Both the position numbers and the translations under genes were made by a program. Of a stretch of DNA of 64,000 bases, positions 35,511 through 44,802 are shown one piece after another. The stretch spans positions 6,890 through 70,889 of the forward strand of contig JAAZNM010000002.1 in assembly GCA_012798265.1 (NCBI GenBank), given 5' to 3'. Source of the stretch: Candidatus Roizmanbacteria bacterium (GTDB lineage Bacteria > Patescibacteriota > Microgenomatia > UBA1406 > GWC2-37-13). The notes beneath the pieces are model-generated. The model saw only the letters and a program-made list of their open reading frames with translations, did not search any database and had not been told where the DNA came from. How positions within the stretch are numbered: the stretch's first letter is position 1; each line of letters begins with the position of its first letter.

Positions 35511-36161
35511 ATGATTACAGTCAGCGAAACGGTAGAGTCAATCGTCAGACACTCCGGACTTTTTGAAGAGGCGATCCTTGAGGATATCATCAACTACTCG
35601 GCGCTTGCCCGCAAAATCAGGCCGGAAGTGGAAAAACAGCTTTATAAGAATATCCAGGAAGGGGCGATCCTTATGGCGTTAAAAAGGCTTTCGTCAAAGA
35701 TCAAACACCGTTACGCCGTTAAAAATGTCTTCAAAGATCCGCCGGACATGATCGTCCGTTCCAACCTGATCGAGTTTACGACGACCAACTCGGACTTCCT
35801 TGTCCAAAGACATAAAGACATCCTGGCTGAAGTTGACCTGCAGAAAAAATATTTTTTGATTATAACTCAAGGAGTTTTCGAGACGACCGTTATCGTCAGC
35901 CAGGACCTGGGAAACAAAATCAGCCGTATCTTGAAAAAGGGAAATATCATCAGTCAGTTTGATCATCTGTCGGCGATTACCATCAAGCTTCCCCGGCAAG
36001 TCGTCTCAACCCCGGGGGTGTATAACCTTTTTTTGAAAACTTTGCACTGGGAAGGGATAAACGTGATCGAAGTCGCCTCAACCTATACCGAGTTTACGAT
36101 AATTTTGAAGGATAACGATGTTGATCGGGCCTTTTCCGTGTTAATAAATATTTTTAAATAA
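35511..36161 (+). CDS. ACT-domain-containing protein
   Basis: The C-terminal AITIKLPRQVVSTPGVYNLFLKTLHWEGINVIEVASTYTEFTIIL resembles aspartokinase-type ACT domains. Confidence 0.5.
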   Translation: MITVSETVESIVRHSGLFEEAILEDIINYSALARKIRPEVEKQLYKNIQEGAILMALKRLSSKIKHRYAVKNVFKDPPDMIVRSNLIEFTTTNSDFLVQRHKDILAEVDLQKKYFLIITQGVFETTVIVSQDLGNKISRILKKGNIISQFDHLSAITIKLPRQVVSTPGVYNLFLKTLHWEGINVIEVASTYTEFTIILKDNDVDRAFSVLINIFK

Positions 36162-36163
36162 AG

Positions 36164-36766
36164 ATGATAAAGGCGATCATCTTTGACTGCGGCGGTGTCA
36201 TCGTTAAAAATCCCGCCCAGGATTTTGTCGATTATTTTTCCGGGGTTATGAAGGTTTCCCAATCAGACTTTGAAAGATGTTTTTCCAGATATCTTGATGA
36301 CTTTGAAAAAGGCCTTACTACCGAAGATGTTTTCTGGCAAAATATCTGCCGAGACCTCAAGATACATCCGCCGTCAATACCATCCCTCTGGCAAAAAGCG
36401 GTTGCCCGACTCATCCGGGAAGACGAAGAAACCGTCAATATCATCGCCCGTCTGAAAAGAAACGGATACCGGACCGGTCTGCTTACCAACACGGAAAAAC
36501 CGACGGCCGAATATCTGAAAAAACTGCCGTTTTTTCAAATGATTGATTCGGCAGTGTTTTCCTGTTTCGAAGGGGTCACCAAACCCGACAAAAAGATATT
36601 TCTCCTGGCGGCCGAAAGATTAAAGACAAAGCCTTACGAATGCCTTTTCGTCGACGACAAACAAAAATATGTCGAAGCTTCCAGGGCCGCCGGACTTCAG
36701 GCGGTTTTGTTTACCGATATAAAAAACCTTATCCGTGATTTCAGACTCTTAAGGCTCAATACATAG
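36164..36766 (+). CDS. HAD-superfamily hydrolase
   Basis: Motif I IIFDCGGVIV and motif IV FVDDKQKYVEA. Confidence 0.85.
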   Translation: MIKAIIFDCGGVIVKNPAQDFVDYFSGVMKVSQSDFERCFSRYLDDFEKGLTTEDVFWQNICRDLKIHPPSIPSLWQKAVARLIREDEETVNIIARLKRNGYRTGLLTNTEKPTAEYLKKLPFFQMIDSAVFSCFEGVTKPDKKIFLLAAERLKTKPYECLFVDDKQKYVEASRAAGLQAVLFTDIKNLIRDFRLLRLNT

Positions 36767-36779
36767 GACTGCCCAAAAC

Positions 36780-36808
36780 TTGATTATTGAAGACAAATAG
36801 TATATACT
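36780..36808 (+). promoter_or_regulatory. Sigma70-type promoter TTGATT-N17-TATACT
   Basis: The hexamers are spaced 17 nt apart, and the -10 ends 15 nt before ATG 36824. Confidence 0.4.
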
Positions 36809-36823
36809 AGCCGCCAATTCCCT

Positions 36824-37438
36824 ATGCCACAGGAAAAACCGAACTTTGGGACTAACCAGACTGCCGTCGGACAATCAAGATGGATTGACCGAGCTTTCTC
36901 TTTTTTTCCCAAAACTCCCGGAAAACTGGCCGAATGTTCCGACAATATTGTTACGATGGATTCGGCAGTCACTCCCGGAACCAGTATCAAACTCCACGAA
37001 CAAAAACCATGGAATCAGGATCGCGAAAAACACTATCATGAGATGACAGTCCAACTGACCTTACCCCTTACCCAAAATACCAAACTTGAAGTCGATTCCC
37101 AAGGAGAAAAACGCACCTTTGCCAGGGAAAACGATTTTGACTTTGAACTTGACTTTAACTCCCTTGGGGGCCATATGGACGGAAATATCCCTGTCTTGGA
37201 CTACCAGGGCCATCAATACAAAGCGGATGACCGTGATCCACGGATAATCAAAGTCCCTTTGGAAGACGGCAACACAGCCGACTTTGTCGTTATCAACCCT
37301 AAAGACAGACACTCTCTAAGCAGCACCGGCGACAGTTCCTCGGCTTTTTTTCTTGATTTGAGTTTTCCGGCCAAACCCGGCGTCTACTCCGCCGGAAGCC
37401 TCGCCTGCGATCTGATCTTTGACTTCGGGCTACAATAA
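36824..37438 (+). CDS. Hypothetical cytoplasmic protein
   Basis: 204-aa ORF with no motif recognised. Confidence 0.45.
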   Translation: MPQEKPNFGTNQTAVGQSRWIDRAFSFFPKTPGKLAECSDNIVTMDSAVTPGTSIKLHEQKPWNQDREKHYHEMTVQLTLPLTQNTKLEVDSQGEKRTFARENDFDFELDFNSLGGHMDGNIPVLDYQGHQYKADDRDPRIIKVPLEDGNTADFVVINPKDRHSLSSTGDSSSAFFLDLSFPAKPGVYSAGSLACDLIFDFGLQ

Positions 37439-37455
37439 ACGCCTTTTAACCACGA

Positions 37456-37755
37456 TTATCTCAACAACCTGTAAGGCATATATACCTTGCTGGCCAAGGT
37501 TTTCTTAAGGGTATCTTTCAACCGGGCTTGACCGTGACCGCTTTTCAAGTAATATTCTCTGGTTTTGGCATCTTCAAGATTCACAAAATATTCGTAGTGG
37601 ATCAGTTTGAAAGGAATCCGTATTCTGGTTGACGACACCAGTCCCCGACCGTGCTCTTCCAGACGCGCCTTTAGATTGGTCGTCAATCCGGTATAAAGAC
37701 TGAAGTCCTTAAGGGACAGAATCGTGTACACGAAGTATTTTTTGTAATCTCCCAT
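37456..37755 (-). CDS. Stand-alone GIY-YIG nuclease-domain protein
   Basis: YFVYTILSLKDFSLYTGLTTNLKARLEEH (GIY...YTG). The start was set to ATG 37755, because the longer ORF runs antisense into smpB. Confidence 0.78.
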   Translation of the reverse strand: MGDYKKYFVYTILSLKDFSLYTGLTTNLKARLEEHGRGLVSSTRIRIPFKLIHYEYFVNLEDAKTREYYLKSGHGQARLKDTLKKTLASKVYMPYRLLR

Positions 37756-37824
37756 GATCTTTCCCTGATTATATACCTTTCTCTTATGTAAAAGAATGCC
37801 CCAAATAGATGATAAAATAAGTCT

Positions 37825-38274
37825 ATGAAAATCATCAATCGCAAGTTCAACCGAGACTACCAGGAGCTGGAAAGATACGAAGCCGGACTTATGTTGAGCG
37901 GATCCGAGGTCAAATCGGTCAGGGAAGGCAGAATCAAACTCGAGGATGCTTTTGTGAAGATCATCGGTTCCGAACTCTATCTGGTTAACGCTTTGATCCA
38001 TGTTTATCCCTATGCCCGGACTGCCGACTATGACGAAAGGAGAACCCGTAAACTGCTCCTTCACAAGAAGGAAATCATTCGTTTGAAAACTAAGCTGTCA
38101 TCGGCCGCTAGATTGACAATAGCACCCGTAGCTTGCTATAATAAACATGGTTTTATCAAGTTGGAAATCGCTTTGGCCAGGGGAAGAAAAGACCTGGAAA
38201 AACGTAAACTTGAGAAAAAAAGGGATATCAAGATTCAAGAGGAAAGGGAGATGAAAGAATACCTTAAAGTATAA
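37825..38274 (+). CDS. smpB: SsrA-binding protein SmpB
   Basis: NRKFNRDYQELERYEAGLMLSGSEVKS...RKLLLHKKEI. Confidence 0.93.
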   Translation: MKIINRKFNRDYQELERYEAGLMLSGSEVKSVREGRIKLEDAFVKIIGSELYLVNALIHVYPYARTADYDERRTRKLLLHKKEIIRLKTKLSSAARLTIAPVACYNKHGFIKLEIALARGRKDLEKRKLEKKRDIKIQEEREMKEYLKV

Positions 38275-38295
38275 TTTAAATTTGAAATTAAACTA

Positions 38296-38698
38296 GGGGA
38301 TGATGGGAATCGATAAAGAAATCGCACTTTTACAAAAGGTGAGAGCGGATCTATCCGATAACTAGAAAACCATAGCTGATAAAGATTCATCTTTAACAGC
38401 GGAAGAAAGTTATTTCTTGGCTAACAGGGGCGCTTTCGTTCCTGCTTTTGCCCAGGTTTATAACTGACCTTCCCTCTAACCGAGCGTTTTGTCCGATTCA
38501 ACATAGGTTAGGGTAAACCAATCGGAATAAAGCCGATAAAGATTTCTGGTTGCTTTATTGGTTGACAACTTTTAACCGGCTGTCTTGGATTAAGTTTGAT
38601 TGTTTTCTTACCAAGACAAAAGTTAAAAACAATCTATCTCTCACTAAACTTTTTTAAAGGTGTTTCTTTAGACCCGGGTTCAACTCCCGGCATCTCCA
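38296..38698 (+). ncRNA. ssrA: tmRNA (ssrA)
   Basis: 5' GGGGATG pairs with 3' CATCTCC, including the G3:U70 alanine identity pair. The T arm is CCGGG-TTCAACT-CCCGG. It lies 21 nt after smpB. The candidate tag frame GCT(38420)...TGA(38465-38467) gives ANRGAFVPAFAQVYN, but the resume codon is uncertain. Confidence 0.88.
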
Positions 38699-38704
38699 CA
38701 CTTC

Positions 38705-38727
38705 ACTCCTTACTTTTGGTAAGGAGT
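38705..38727 (+). terminator. Hairpin after ssrA
   Basis: ACTCCTTAC, loop ttttg, GTAAGGAGT, followed by TTC. Confidence 0.5.
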
Positions 38728-38835
38728 TTCGCGTAGTAGACCACCGGTATATATACCAAGATCAATAAGGTAAAAATAGTCTTTCAAATAGTAGACAAAA
38801 ACTATTAGCGTTTCAGGTGATTTAAAACTTAAAGG

Positions 38836-40617
38836 TTAAGTTTTTAACTTTTCTTCAAGCAGAGAGACTGCTTTTTGCAGATATTTATCAAGAAAGTAAT
38901 CTTCTTCAACTCCCCACTCTTTAGCTTGCTCATAATCCGCATAACTATCCAGCATCCATAAGTTTTTTCTTGATATTTGTATCTGTTTAATTAAGTTTGG
39001 TATGTCTTCTTTTGTTGATTTTTCGATAAATTTAAATGGATCAAAATTAACAAGATCCCACTTTCCTCTTGTCCAGGCTTCCACAATACAATCATATAAA
39101 ACCGTAAAAAAAGCACGTCCAATCTTAGCGTCTTTTTTGTCTCCGCCATCGGTCAAAGAAGAAGCCAGGTGATAGATTTCGTCAGACCATTCATTCAGCT
39201 GACTTACCGTATATTCGCGTAATCTTTGTGACCCGAGTATTTCGACCCGTCCTCCATCAGGGGTATTAGTCATTTTGTAGTCTATATCATAGAAACTTGA
39301 ACCGTGCCCGATACGTTCTGTCGCTTCACCCAACTGTTTGACATCGCCATAAGCTTCCTCCGGTTGAACCCCAAGGAATAGGATATCTTTTTTTTTGCAA
39401 AGCTCAGAAAAATGGGCGCCGCCTCTTTTATGTGTATGGTCAATTGTTACAGGTACTCCGATAGCTTGTGATGTTTTTGGTATTTGGATTTCTACAACTC
39501 CAGAAGCATTGCTGAAATGACTCAGGTTAATTAACTGATCTCTGCCTCCAGCTCTTGTAAACACCGTGTCTGGAAGAACTAATAAAAAATCTTGGTTTTG
39601 TTCATTTATAGCTTTGAGAATATTTAGCTCATCACCGGAAAAGCCACCCTGCGCCCCGATGATGATGATTCCGCGACCTCTCTTTACTCCCGTATTTACG
39701 GTATCTTCTCCTTCATAAATAATGGCGCCCTCCGGTTGATCAAACTCAAGTTTTATATCCTTTTGATGCTCCGGCGCGCTTTGAACGATATAGGGAAATT
39801 CGCTTGACTCATCAACGGCAAACTCCCAATAATACGGTTGCGGATTATTATTATAAGCATCAATAAGAAGCTTGAGTTTGGAAATCTGATTAAGCACTCT
39901 TTCTCTTGTCTGGTTGGTAATGATAGTTTTTTCCACCTCACCAGATAAAAGATTTATCGCGTCAGCCTGCTTTAAACTATCTAATCTTTCGGCTATCTCA
40001 TCAACAGATATTTGATTATTAGATAAAACTATCGCTTCATCCATATCGACTGCCTTTGTTCCAAGTCCGATAACCAATCTAAGAGTTGGCTTACCGTCAA
40101 TCATGGTCATTACTCCAGAAAAAGCCGGCATGAAGTAATCATCATAAGTGTCTCCAATAACGGGTTGGATTAAAACAGCCATTCCGGAAGCATCCGCTCC
40201 TTGACGATAAGCTTTTGCTTCGTCTGTAAAGTAGCTTGCATAAACCGCTTTTTCTTCTTTTTCTAAATTAGTTTTATCTATTTGAGCATTACCGGTTGGA
40301 ACGATAAATCCTGAATAATAAACTCCGGTTCCCCCGCCTTCATCTTTTGCGGATGAGCGAACGGCGACAGGAACACCTATAGGCAGAATATCAGTTATTT
40401 CCTTATTTACTTTTAAATATGAGGCCGGTAAGTTGTTTGTTAAAAGAGTTTCGTCAAAAAAAGAAGCGCCAATACCAATTCCAGCCAACACTTGCACTCC
40501 ATAAGGGGTTGATCGTGAAAAATTAATTAAATCTTGTGTCTTTAATCCGGGAGCTTTGCCAAAAAGTATCCATTCCCTTCCAAGTTTTACCTCTCCGTTG
40601 CCTCTTCTCTCTGTCAT
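38836..40617 (-). CDS. PEP-utilising-enzyme-like phosphotransferase (PPDK_N ATP-grasp, His swivel domain and unknown C-terminal domain)
   Basis: VAVRSSAKDEGG, MAVLIQPVIG, FSGVMTMIDG...LVIGLGTKAVD and YWEFAVDE...PYIVQSAP match the PPDK_N pattern. GVKRGRGIIII...DFLLVLPDT...HKRGGAHFSELCKK resembles the phospho-His mobile domain. Confidence 0.65.
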   Translation of the reverse strand: MTERRGNGEVKLGREWILFGKAPGLKTQDLINFSRSTPYGVQVLAGIGIGASFFDETLLTNNLPASYLKVNKEITDILPIGVPVAVRSSAKDEGGGTGVYYSGFIVPTGNAQIDKTNLEKEEKAVYASYFTDEAKAYRQGADASGMAVLIQPVIGDTYDDYFMPAFSGVMTMIDGKPTLRLVIGLGTKAVDMDEAIVLSNNQISVDEIAERLDSLKQADAINLLSGEVEKTIITNQTRERVLNQISKLKLLIDAYNNNPQPYYWEFAVDESSEFPYIVQSAPEHQKDIKLEFDQPEGAIIYEGEDTVNTGVKRGRGIIIIGAQGGFSGDELNILKAINEQNQDFLLVLPDTVFTRAGGRDQLINLSHFSNASGVVEIQIPKTSQAIGVPVTIDHTHKRGGAHFSELCKKKDILFLGVQPEEAYGDVKQLGEATERIGHGSSFYDIDYKMTNTPDGGRVEILGSQRLREYTVSQLNEWSDEIYHLASSLTDGGDKKDAKIGRAFFTVLYDCIVEAWTRGKWDLVNFDPFKFIEKSTKEDIPNLIKQIQISRKNLWMLDSYADYEQAKEWGVEEDYFLDKYLQKAVSLLEEKLKT

Positions 40618-40743
40618 AGATAATAAAATTAGGTTATTATAACAATAAAAATTTAGGTAATCAAATATTATAAGATGAAGAATGTACTTACCAACTTACT
40701 AAAATTTTTAAAGTATGTCCATACTCTTGTTTACTTTTCTTTA

Positions 40744-42261
40744 TTAATCTAACCTCAAAGTCTTACCGCGGCAGTCGTGTTTAAGCGCGTAGACGCCGAC
40801 ATAATTTTTCCCTTCCGGTTTATAGAATCTTTTTAGCTCCTGCAGATATTTTTCCAATCCGGCCGTCTGGTTGTCACGACTGACAAAATAAAGAGGGACT
40901 CTCGACTGAAGACAGTTATATGTATCAAGGTCAACGTCAAAAACACGCCGGTCAAGATATACGGGATTGGTTCTATCGGACAAGCGAAGATAAGTTATGA
41001 CGGCATTTTCCGGATTGCCCGAGTCCACCCTTACGCCGACAAATACCGGACCTTTTTCCGACTTTTTATCTATATAAGACAAGGCCTCGACTATCCCGTA
41101 TCCTGATGGCCAACCGGTAACATACTCGTTCTTTTGGGAAAATCTGGTTATTTTCTCCAGTCCGGAAAAATAATTCAGAGGATAAAAAATCTGGACCAGC
41201 ATCCCCAAAAACGCGACGATCGTCGTCAAAAAAGGGATCAGTTTGAAAAACATGTTTTTTTCCGACAAGCGGCTGAAAAACACCCCCCCGAACACAACCG
41301 TAAGCGGCAGAAACGAGACCATATATCGCGGCGAAATATTACGGACAAAAATTAAAACCATAGCAAAGTTTGCCGTCATCCAAAAAACCGGCCATTTTCT
41401 TTCTTCCTTTTTTCCCATTAAAATCATGGCTATCCCGACGATAATCCCAAAAAATACCAGAGGAGTCATCTGCCAAAAAATTATCTCAAAAGCGCCGATC
41501 AGGTTATTGGCCCAGATATTTGAAGGCAGACGCAACAACTCGCCGATCGTCAGGGAAAAACGGCTGTTTGACGAAAGTGTCTGCCAAAACATCGATTGGA
41601 CATATAAAGGTAAAAGTGTCAACTGACTGACCAACAAAGCCAAAAAAAAATTGACGCTGTCGATATTTTTCCCCTTGCTTCTGATAGACAAGAAAGTAAA
41701 CAACAACAATCCGGAAAAAAAGTATATCAACCCATTGCTTTTTATGAAAAAACCCGCTGCCAATACCAAACCTAGGCAAACCGCATCGGTTATTCTATTT
41801 TTGAGATGAAGTTTTAAAAACAAAAGCAAGGACCAGACGCCGATCGCCCCCATGGCACTCTCCATAAGCGCCTGTCTATCAAAAAAAGAAAAAATCGGAA
41901 CAACGATATACAAAAGCGAGGAAAAAACCGCCGTTTTTTTGCCGAAATGTCTTTCGGCCAGAAAATATATTCCCAACATCGTCAGATAACCGCATGCGAC
42001 CGACACCACTCTCCCGGCAAAAAGAGGGTCGGAAAAGATTTTTTGCGACAGGCCGAAAAACCACATCAATAAAGGCGGTTTGGCATCGAAAAGCGGATAG
42101 AACAGCTGTCCCTTGAGGTTGACCGTCCTGTATCCCCAATCGAGGTAAATCGATTCGTCGTTAAATATCGGCAGTAACGTCAGGTTTATCGATCTTAAAA
42201 AGAGATATATAAAAGATAGGACTATCAGACTTTTTGCTTTCATTTTCCAATATTTAATCAT
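40744..42261 (-). CDS. GT-C fold membrane glycosyltransferase (ArnT/PMT-like), third paralogue
   Basis: Polytopic, with the first-loop motif IFNDESIYLDWGY. The start is ATG 42261 or 42243; the longer ORF overlaps the divergent EndoQ gene. Confidence 0.7.
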   Translation of the reverse strand: MIKYWKMKAKSLIVLSFIYLFLRSINLTLLPIFNDESIYLDWGYRTVNLKGQLFYPLFDAKPPLLMWFFGLSQKIFSDPLFAGRVVSVACGYLTMLGIYFLAERHFGKKTAVFSSLLYIVVPIFSFFDRQALMESAMGAIGVWSLLLFLKLHLKNRITDAVCLGLVLAAGFFIKSNGLIYFFSGLLLFTFLSIRSKGKNIDSVNFFLALLVSQLTLLPLYVQSMFWQTLSSNSRFSLTIGELLRLPSNIWANNLIGAFEIIFWQMTPLVFFGIIVGIAMILMGKKEERKWPVFWMTANFAMVLIFVRNISPRYMVSFLPLTVVFGGVFFSRLSEKNMFFKLIPFLTTIVAFLGMLVQIFYPLNYFSGLEKITRFSQKNEYVTGWPSGYGIVEALSYIDKKSEKGPVFVGVRVDSGNPENAVITYLRLSDRTNPVYLDRRVFDVDLDTYNCLQSRVPLYFVSRDNQTAGLEKYLQELKRFYKPEGKNYVGVYALKHDCRGKTLRLD

Positions 42262-42286
42262 ATTAAATTTATAGTAAAATAACTGC

Positions 42287-43630
42287 ATGTCAATTATCGC
42301 CGATCTGCATCTCCATTCAAAATACTCCCGGGCGGTCTCCCAAAAAATGGACCTTGACGGAATCGCCGACTGGGCCGACAAAAAAGGAATCGACCTTGTC
42401 GCAACCGGCGATTGGACCCATCCTTTATGGTTTAGGGAGATCAAACGTCTGCTTATTGAAATTGCCCCCGGCATCTACGAATTAAAAAGGCACCGGGCGA
42501 AGTTCATGCTAACAACCGAGATCTCCAGCATATATACTCAGGGCGGCAAATCACGCCGTATTCATAATCTGATTATGTCGCCTTCTATCGCCACCTGCGA
42601 AAAAGTCATCGCCAAACTGGAAAAGGAAGGATGTAATCTTATGTCGGACGGGCGGCCGATCATCGGTATTTCTTCAAAGGACCTGCTTTCAATATTACTC
42701 GAGATTGATCCCAATATCATTCTCATCCCCTGTCATATCTGGACGCCGTGGTTTTCTCTTTTTGGCTCCAAGTCCGGATTTGACTCTGTTGAAGAGTCGT
42801 TCGCAGAACTGTCCGACTACATTTATGGTGTTGAAACCGGCCTGTCGTCGGATCCGATCATGAACTGGCAGATAAAAAATTTGGAAAGACGCTCCATTCT
42901 TTCTTTTTCCGATGCCCACTCCGGGGCGAAACTCGGACGAGAAGCAACCGTATTCGTAGTCCGCAACCCTAACGAAGACGAGACCGGCTCTTTTTCATAT
43001 CAAGATATTGCCGACGCCATCAAACAAAAACCGGGCGGGAAACTGAAGATCGGCTACACAATCGAATTTTTCCCGGAGGAAGGCAAATATCACTGGTCCG
43101 GTCACCGATTATGCAATGTCCGCTACAATCCGCAGGAAGTCAAAGACAAAGGTGTGGTCTGTCCCGTCTGCCATAAACCGCTGACTATCGGCGTCGAAAA
43201 CCGGGTGATCGACTTATCCCAAAAAATTATCAAAGAGAATGATCTTCTTTTTGTCAAAAACTCAAGCGGCGTTACCTTTGTCATCGATAAGGAAAAAAAA
43301 CGCCGGCCGTTTGTTTCCATCGTTCCCCTGATGGAAGCTTTGGTTGAAATAAACAGATCTCCGACAAAAGCCGCTGCCGAATACGACCGGTTGACCGGCG
43401 TTTTTGCCAGCGAGTTTGATATTCTGCTGAAAAGGTCATACGAAGACATCACCCGAGCCGGCGGCGAAAAACTAAAACAGGCCGTTCAAACTATTAGGGA
43501 AAGAAAGGTTTTTGTCGACCCTGGCTACGACGGCGTATTCGGACAAGTTAAAATTTTTCCCGATAACCAAACGCCTTCCAATGATGAAGAAATTGCCGTT
43601 GAAGGAAAAAATCAGCCATCGCTCTTTTAG
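42287..43630 (+). CDS. Endonuclease Q-like protein (PHP-type fold plus Zn finger)
   Basis: ADLHLHSKYSRAVS...LVATGDWTHPLW at the N-terminus, and VVCPVCHKPLTIGVENRV. Confidence 0.7.
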   Translation: MSIIADLHLHSKYSRAVSQKMDLDGIADWADKKGIDLVATGDWTHPLWFREIKRLLIEIAPGIYELKRHRAKFMLTTEISSIYTQGGKSRRIHNLIMSPSIATCEKVIAKLEKEGCNLMSDGRPIIGISSKDLLSILLEIDPNIILIPCHIWTPWFSLFGSKSGFDSVEESFAELSDYIYGVETGLSSDPIMNWQIKNLERRSILSFSDAHSGAKLGREATVFVVRNPNEDETGSFSYQDIADAIKQKPGGKLKIGYTIEFFPEEGKYHWSGHRLCNVRYNPQEVKDKGVVCPVCHKPLTIGVENRVIDLSQKIIKENDLLFVKNSSGVTFVIDKEKKRRPFVSIVPLMEALVEINRSPTKAAAEYDRLTGVFASEFDILLKRSYEDITRAGGEKLKQAVQTIRERKVFVDPGYDGVFGQVKIFPDNQTPSNDEEIAVEGKNQPSLF

Positions 43631-44801
43631 GGAAAAAATAACGCCGTTTTTGACCGCCGCTTTTTTATTTTTTTTACCTACCCAGCTGGGGCGACACTTC
43701 TTTTTTGACTATACCTTTCTTTCGGGAGTCAAAGTCGATTATCTGTCACCGACAATCTATCTGACCGACATCATTGTTTTTTTTCTGGTTCTTTTTAATC
43801 TGGATATTGTCATAAAGTCCTTTGACAAAAAAAAGTTGCTGTTTGCCGCAGGTTTTATCCTTATTAATATTTTTATTTCCCCGGTCAAACCGGTCGCTGT
43901 TTACCGGGCCGTAAAAATATGCGAATTCGTCTGCCTCTTTCTGATTTTTTCCCAAAGCAAGATTGCAGACAAAGCCTGGCTTAAGATTTTAAGCCTCTCC
44001 GGTCTTGTCCAGTTCTCTCTAGCCGCTTTTCAACTAATAAGCAAGCACTCGCTTCAGGGACCGGCATATTTATTTGGGGAAAGGTATTTAAGTCTGGGGA
44101 TACCGGCAATCGCCAAAGCCTCTTTGTTCGGTGTTGAAATACTCCGACCCTACGGTTCTTTTTCCCACCCCAACTCGCTAGCCGGATTTTACCTTCTCCT
44201 TTATTTTTACGTAAGCCGGAATAAAAAATTCAGCAGATTCATATATTGGAAGAGTTTTTTTCTTTTTTTGTCGACCGGACTGATATTGATGTCTTTTTCA
44301 AAGGCGGCAATCATAACCTACATTTTGCTCAACTTCTTTGCGACCGTTCTCGACAGAAAGAAACTCGACTGCCGCATCTGTACCTTATCCAAGATTATTG
44401 TCGTCCTGCTTATAGGAACCATCTTCCTCCAGGCTGAAGCCGATCCTTTGTCCATGATAAAAAGAAAGGATTTTGCCGTCAAATCACTATCTATTTTCAG
44501 AAACAATCTGGCATTCGGCATCGGCGGCGGAAATTACCTTGTCGGTCAGAACAGGTTCCCCGATTTTTCTTTTGACACGATTAACCAGCCCGTCCATAAT
44601 ATATTCCTTCTTTTCGTCTCCGAATACGGAATCGCCGGACTGATAATCGGACTGATAATCGGTTACAAAAAAATAAAAAAAGTTGCCCTAAGCAATCCTT
44701 ATGTACTGATTGCTGTATTTCTTACCGGAATGGTGGATCATTATTGGTTGACTTTGCAGCAGAATTTCTTGCTTATACCGGTTTTATTTGGGAGTATTTG
44801 A
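43581..44801 (+). CDS. O-antigen ligase (Wzy_C)-like membrane protein
   Basis: Polytopic, with GSFSHPNSLAGFYLL and QPVHNIFL motifs. The start was set to ATG 43581, which gives a 50-nt overlap with the EndoQ gene. Confidence 0.65.
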   Translation: MMKKLPLKEKISHRSFREKITPFLTAAFLFFLPTQLGRHFFFDYTFLSGVKVDYLSPTIYLTDIIVFFLVLFNLDIVIKSFDKKKLLFAAGFILINIFISPVKPVAVYRAVKICEFVCLFLIFSQSKIADKAWLKILSLSGLVQFSLAAFQLISKHSLQGPAYLFGERYLSLGIPAIAKASLFGVEILRPYGSFSHPNSLAGFYLLLYFYVSRNKKFSRFIYWKSFFLFLSTGLILMSFSKAAIITYILLNFFATVLDRKKLDCRICTLSKIIVVLLIGTIFLQAEADPLSMIKRKDFAVKSLSIFRNNLAFGIGGGNYLVGQNRFPDFSFDTINQPVHNIFLLFVSEYGIAGLIIGLIIGYKKIKKVALSNPYVLIAVFLTGMVDHYWLTLQQNFLLIPVLFGSI

Positions 44802-44802
44802 G

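Noticed and set aside
37756-38064. N-terminal extension of the GIY-YIG ORF to 202 aa
   Set aside because: It runs antisense across the smpB start. The GIY-YIG domain begins right after ATG 37755.
38699-40743. Genomic island integrated at the tmRNA gene
   Set aside because: No integrase is present, and I saw no repeat of the ssrA 3' end downstream. Only a compositional impression supports the idea, so it is kept as a caveat in the phosphotransferase finding.
42262-42474. N-terminal extension of the third GT-C gene
   Set aside because: It overlaps the divergent EndoQ-like gene. The hydrophobic N-terminus begins at MIKYWKMKAKS.
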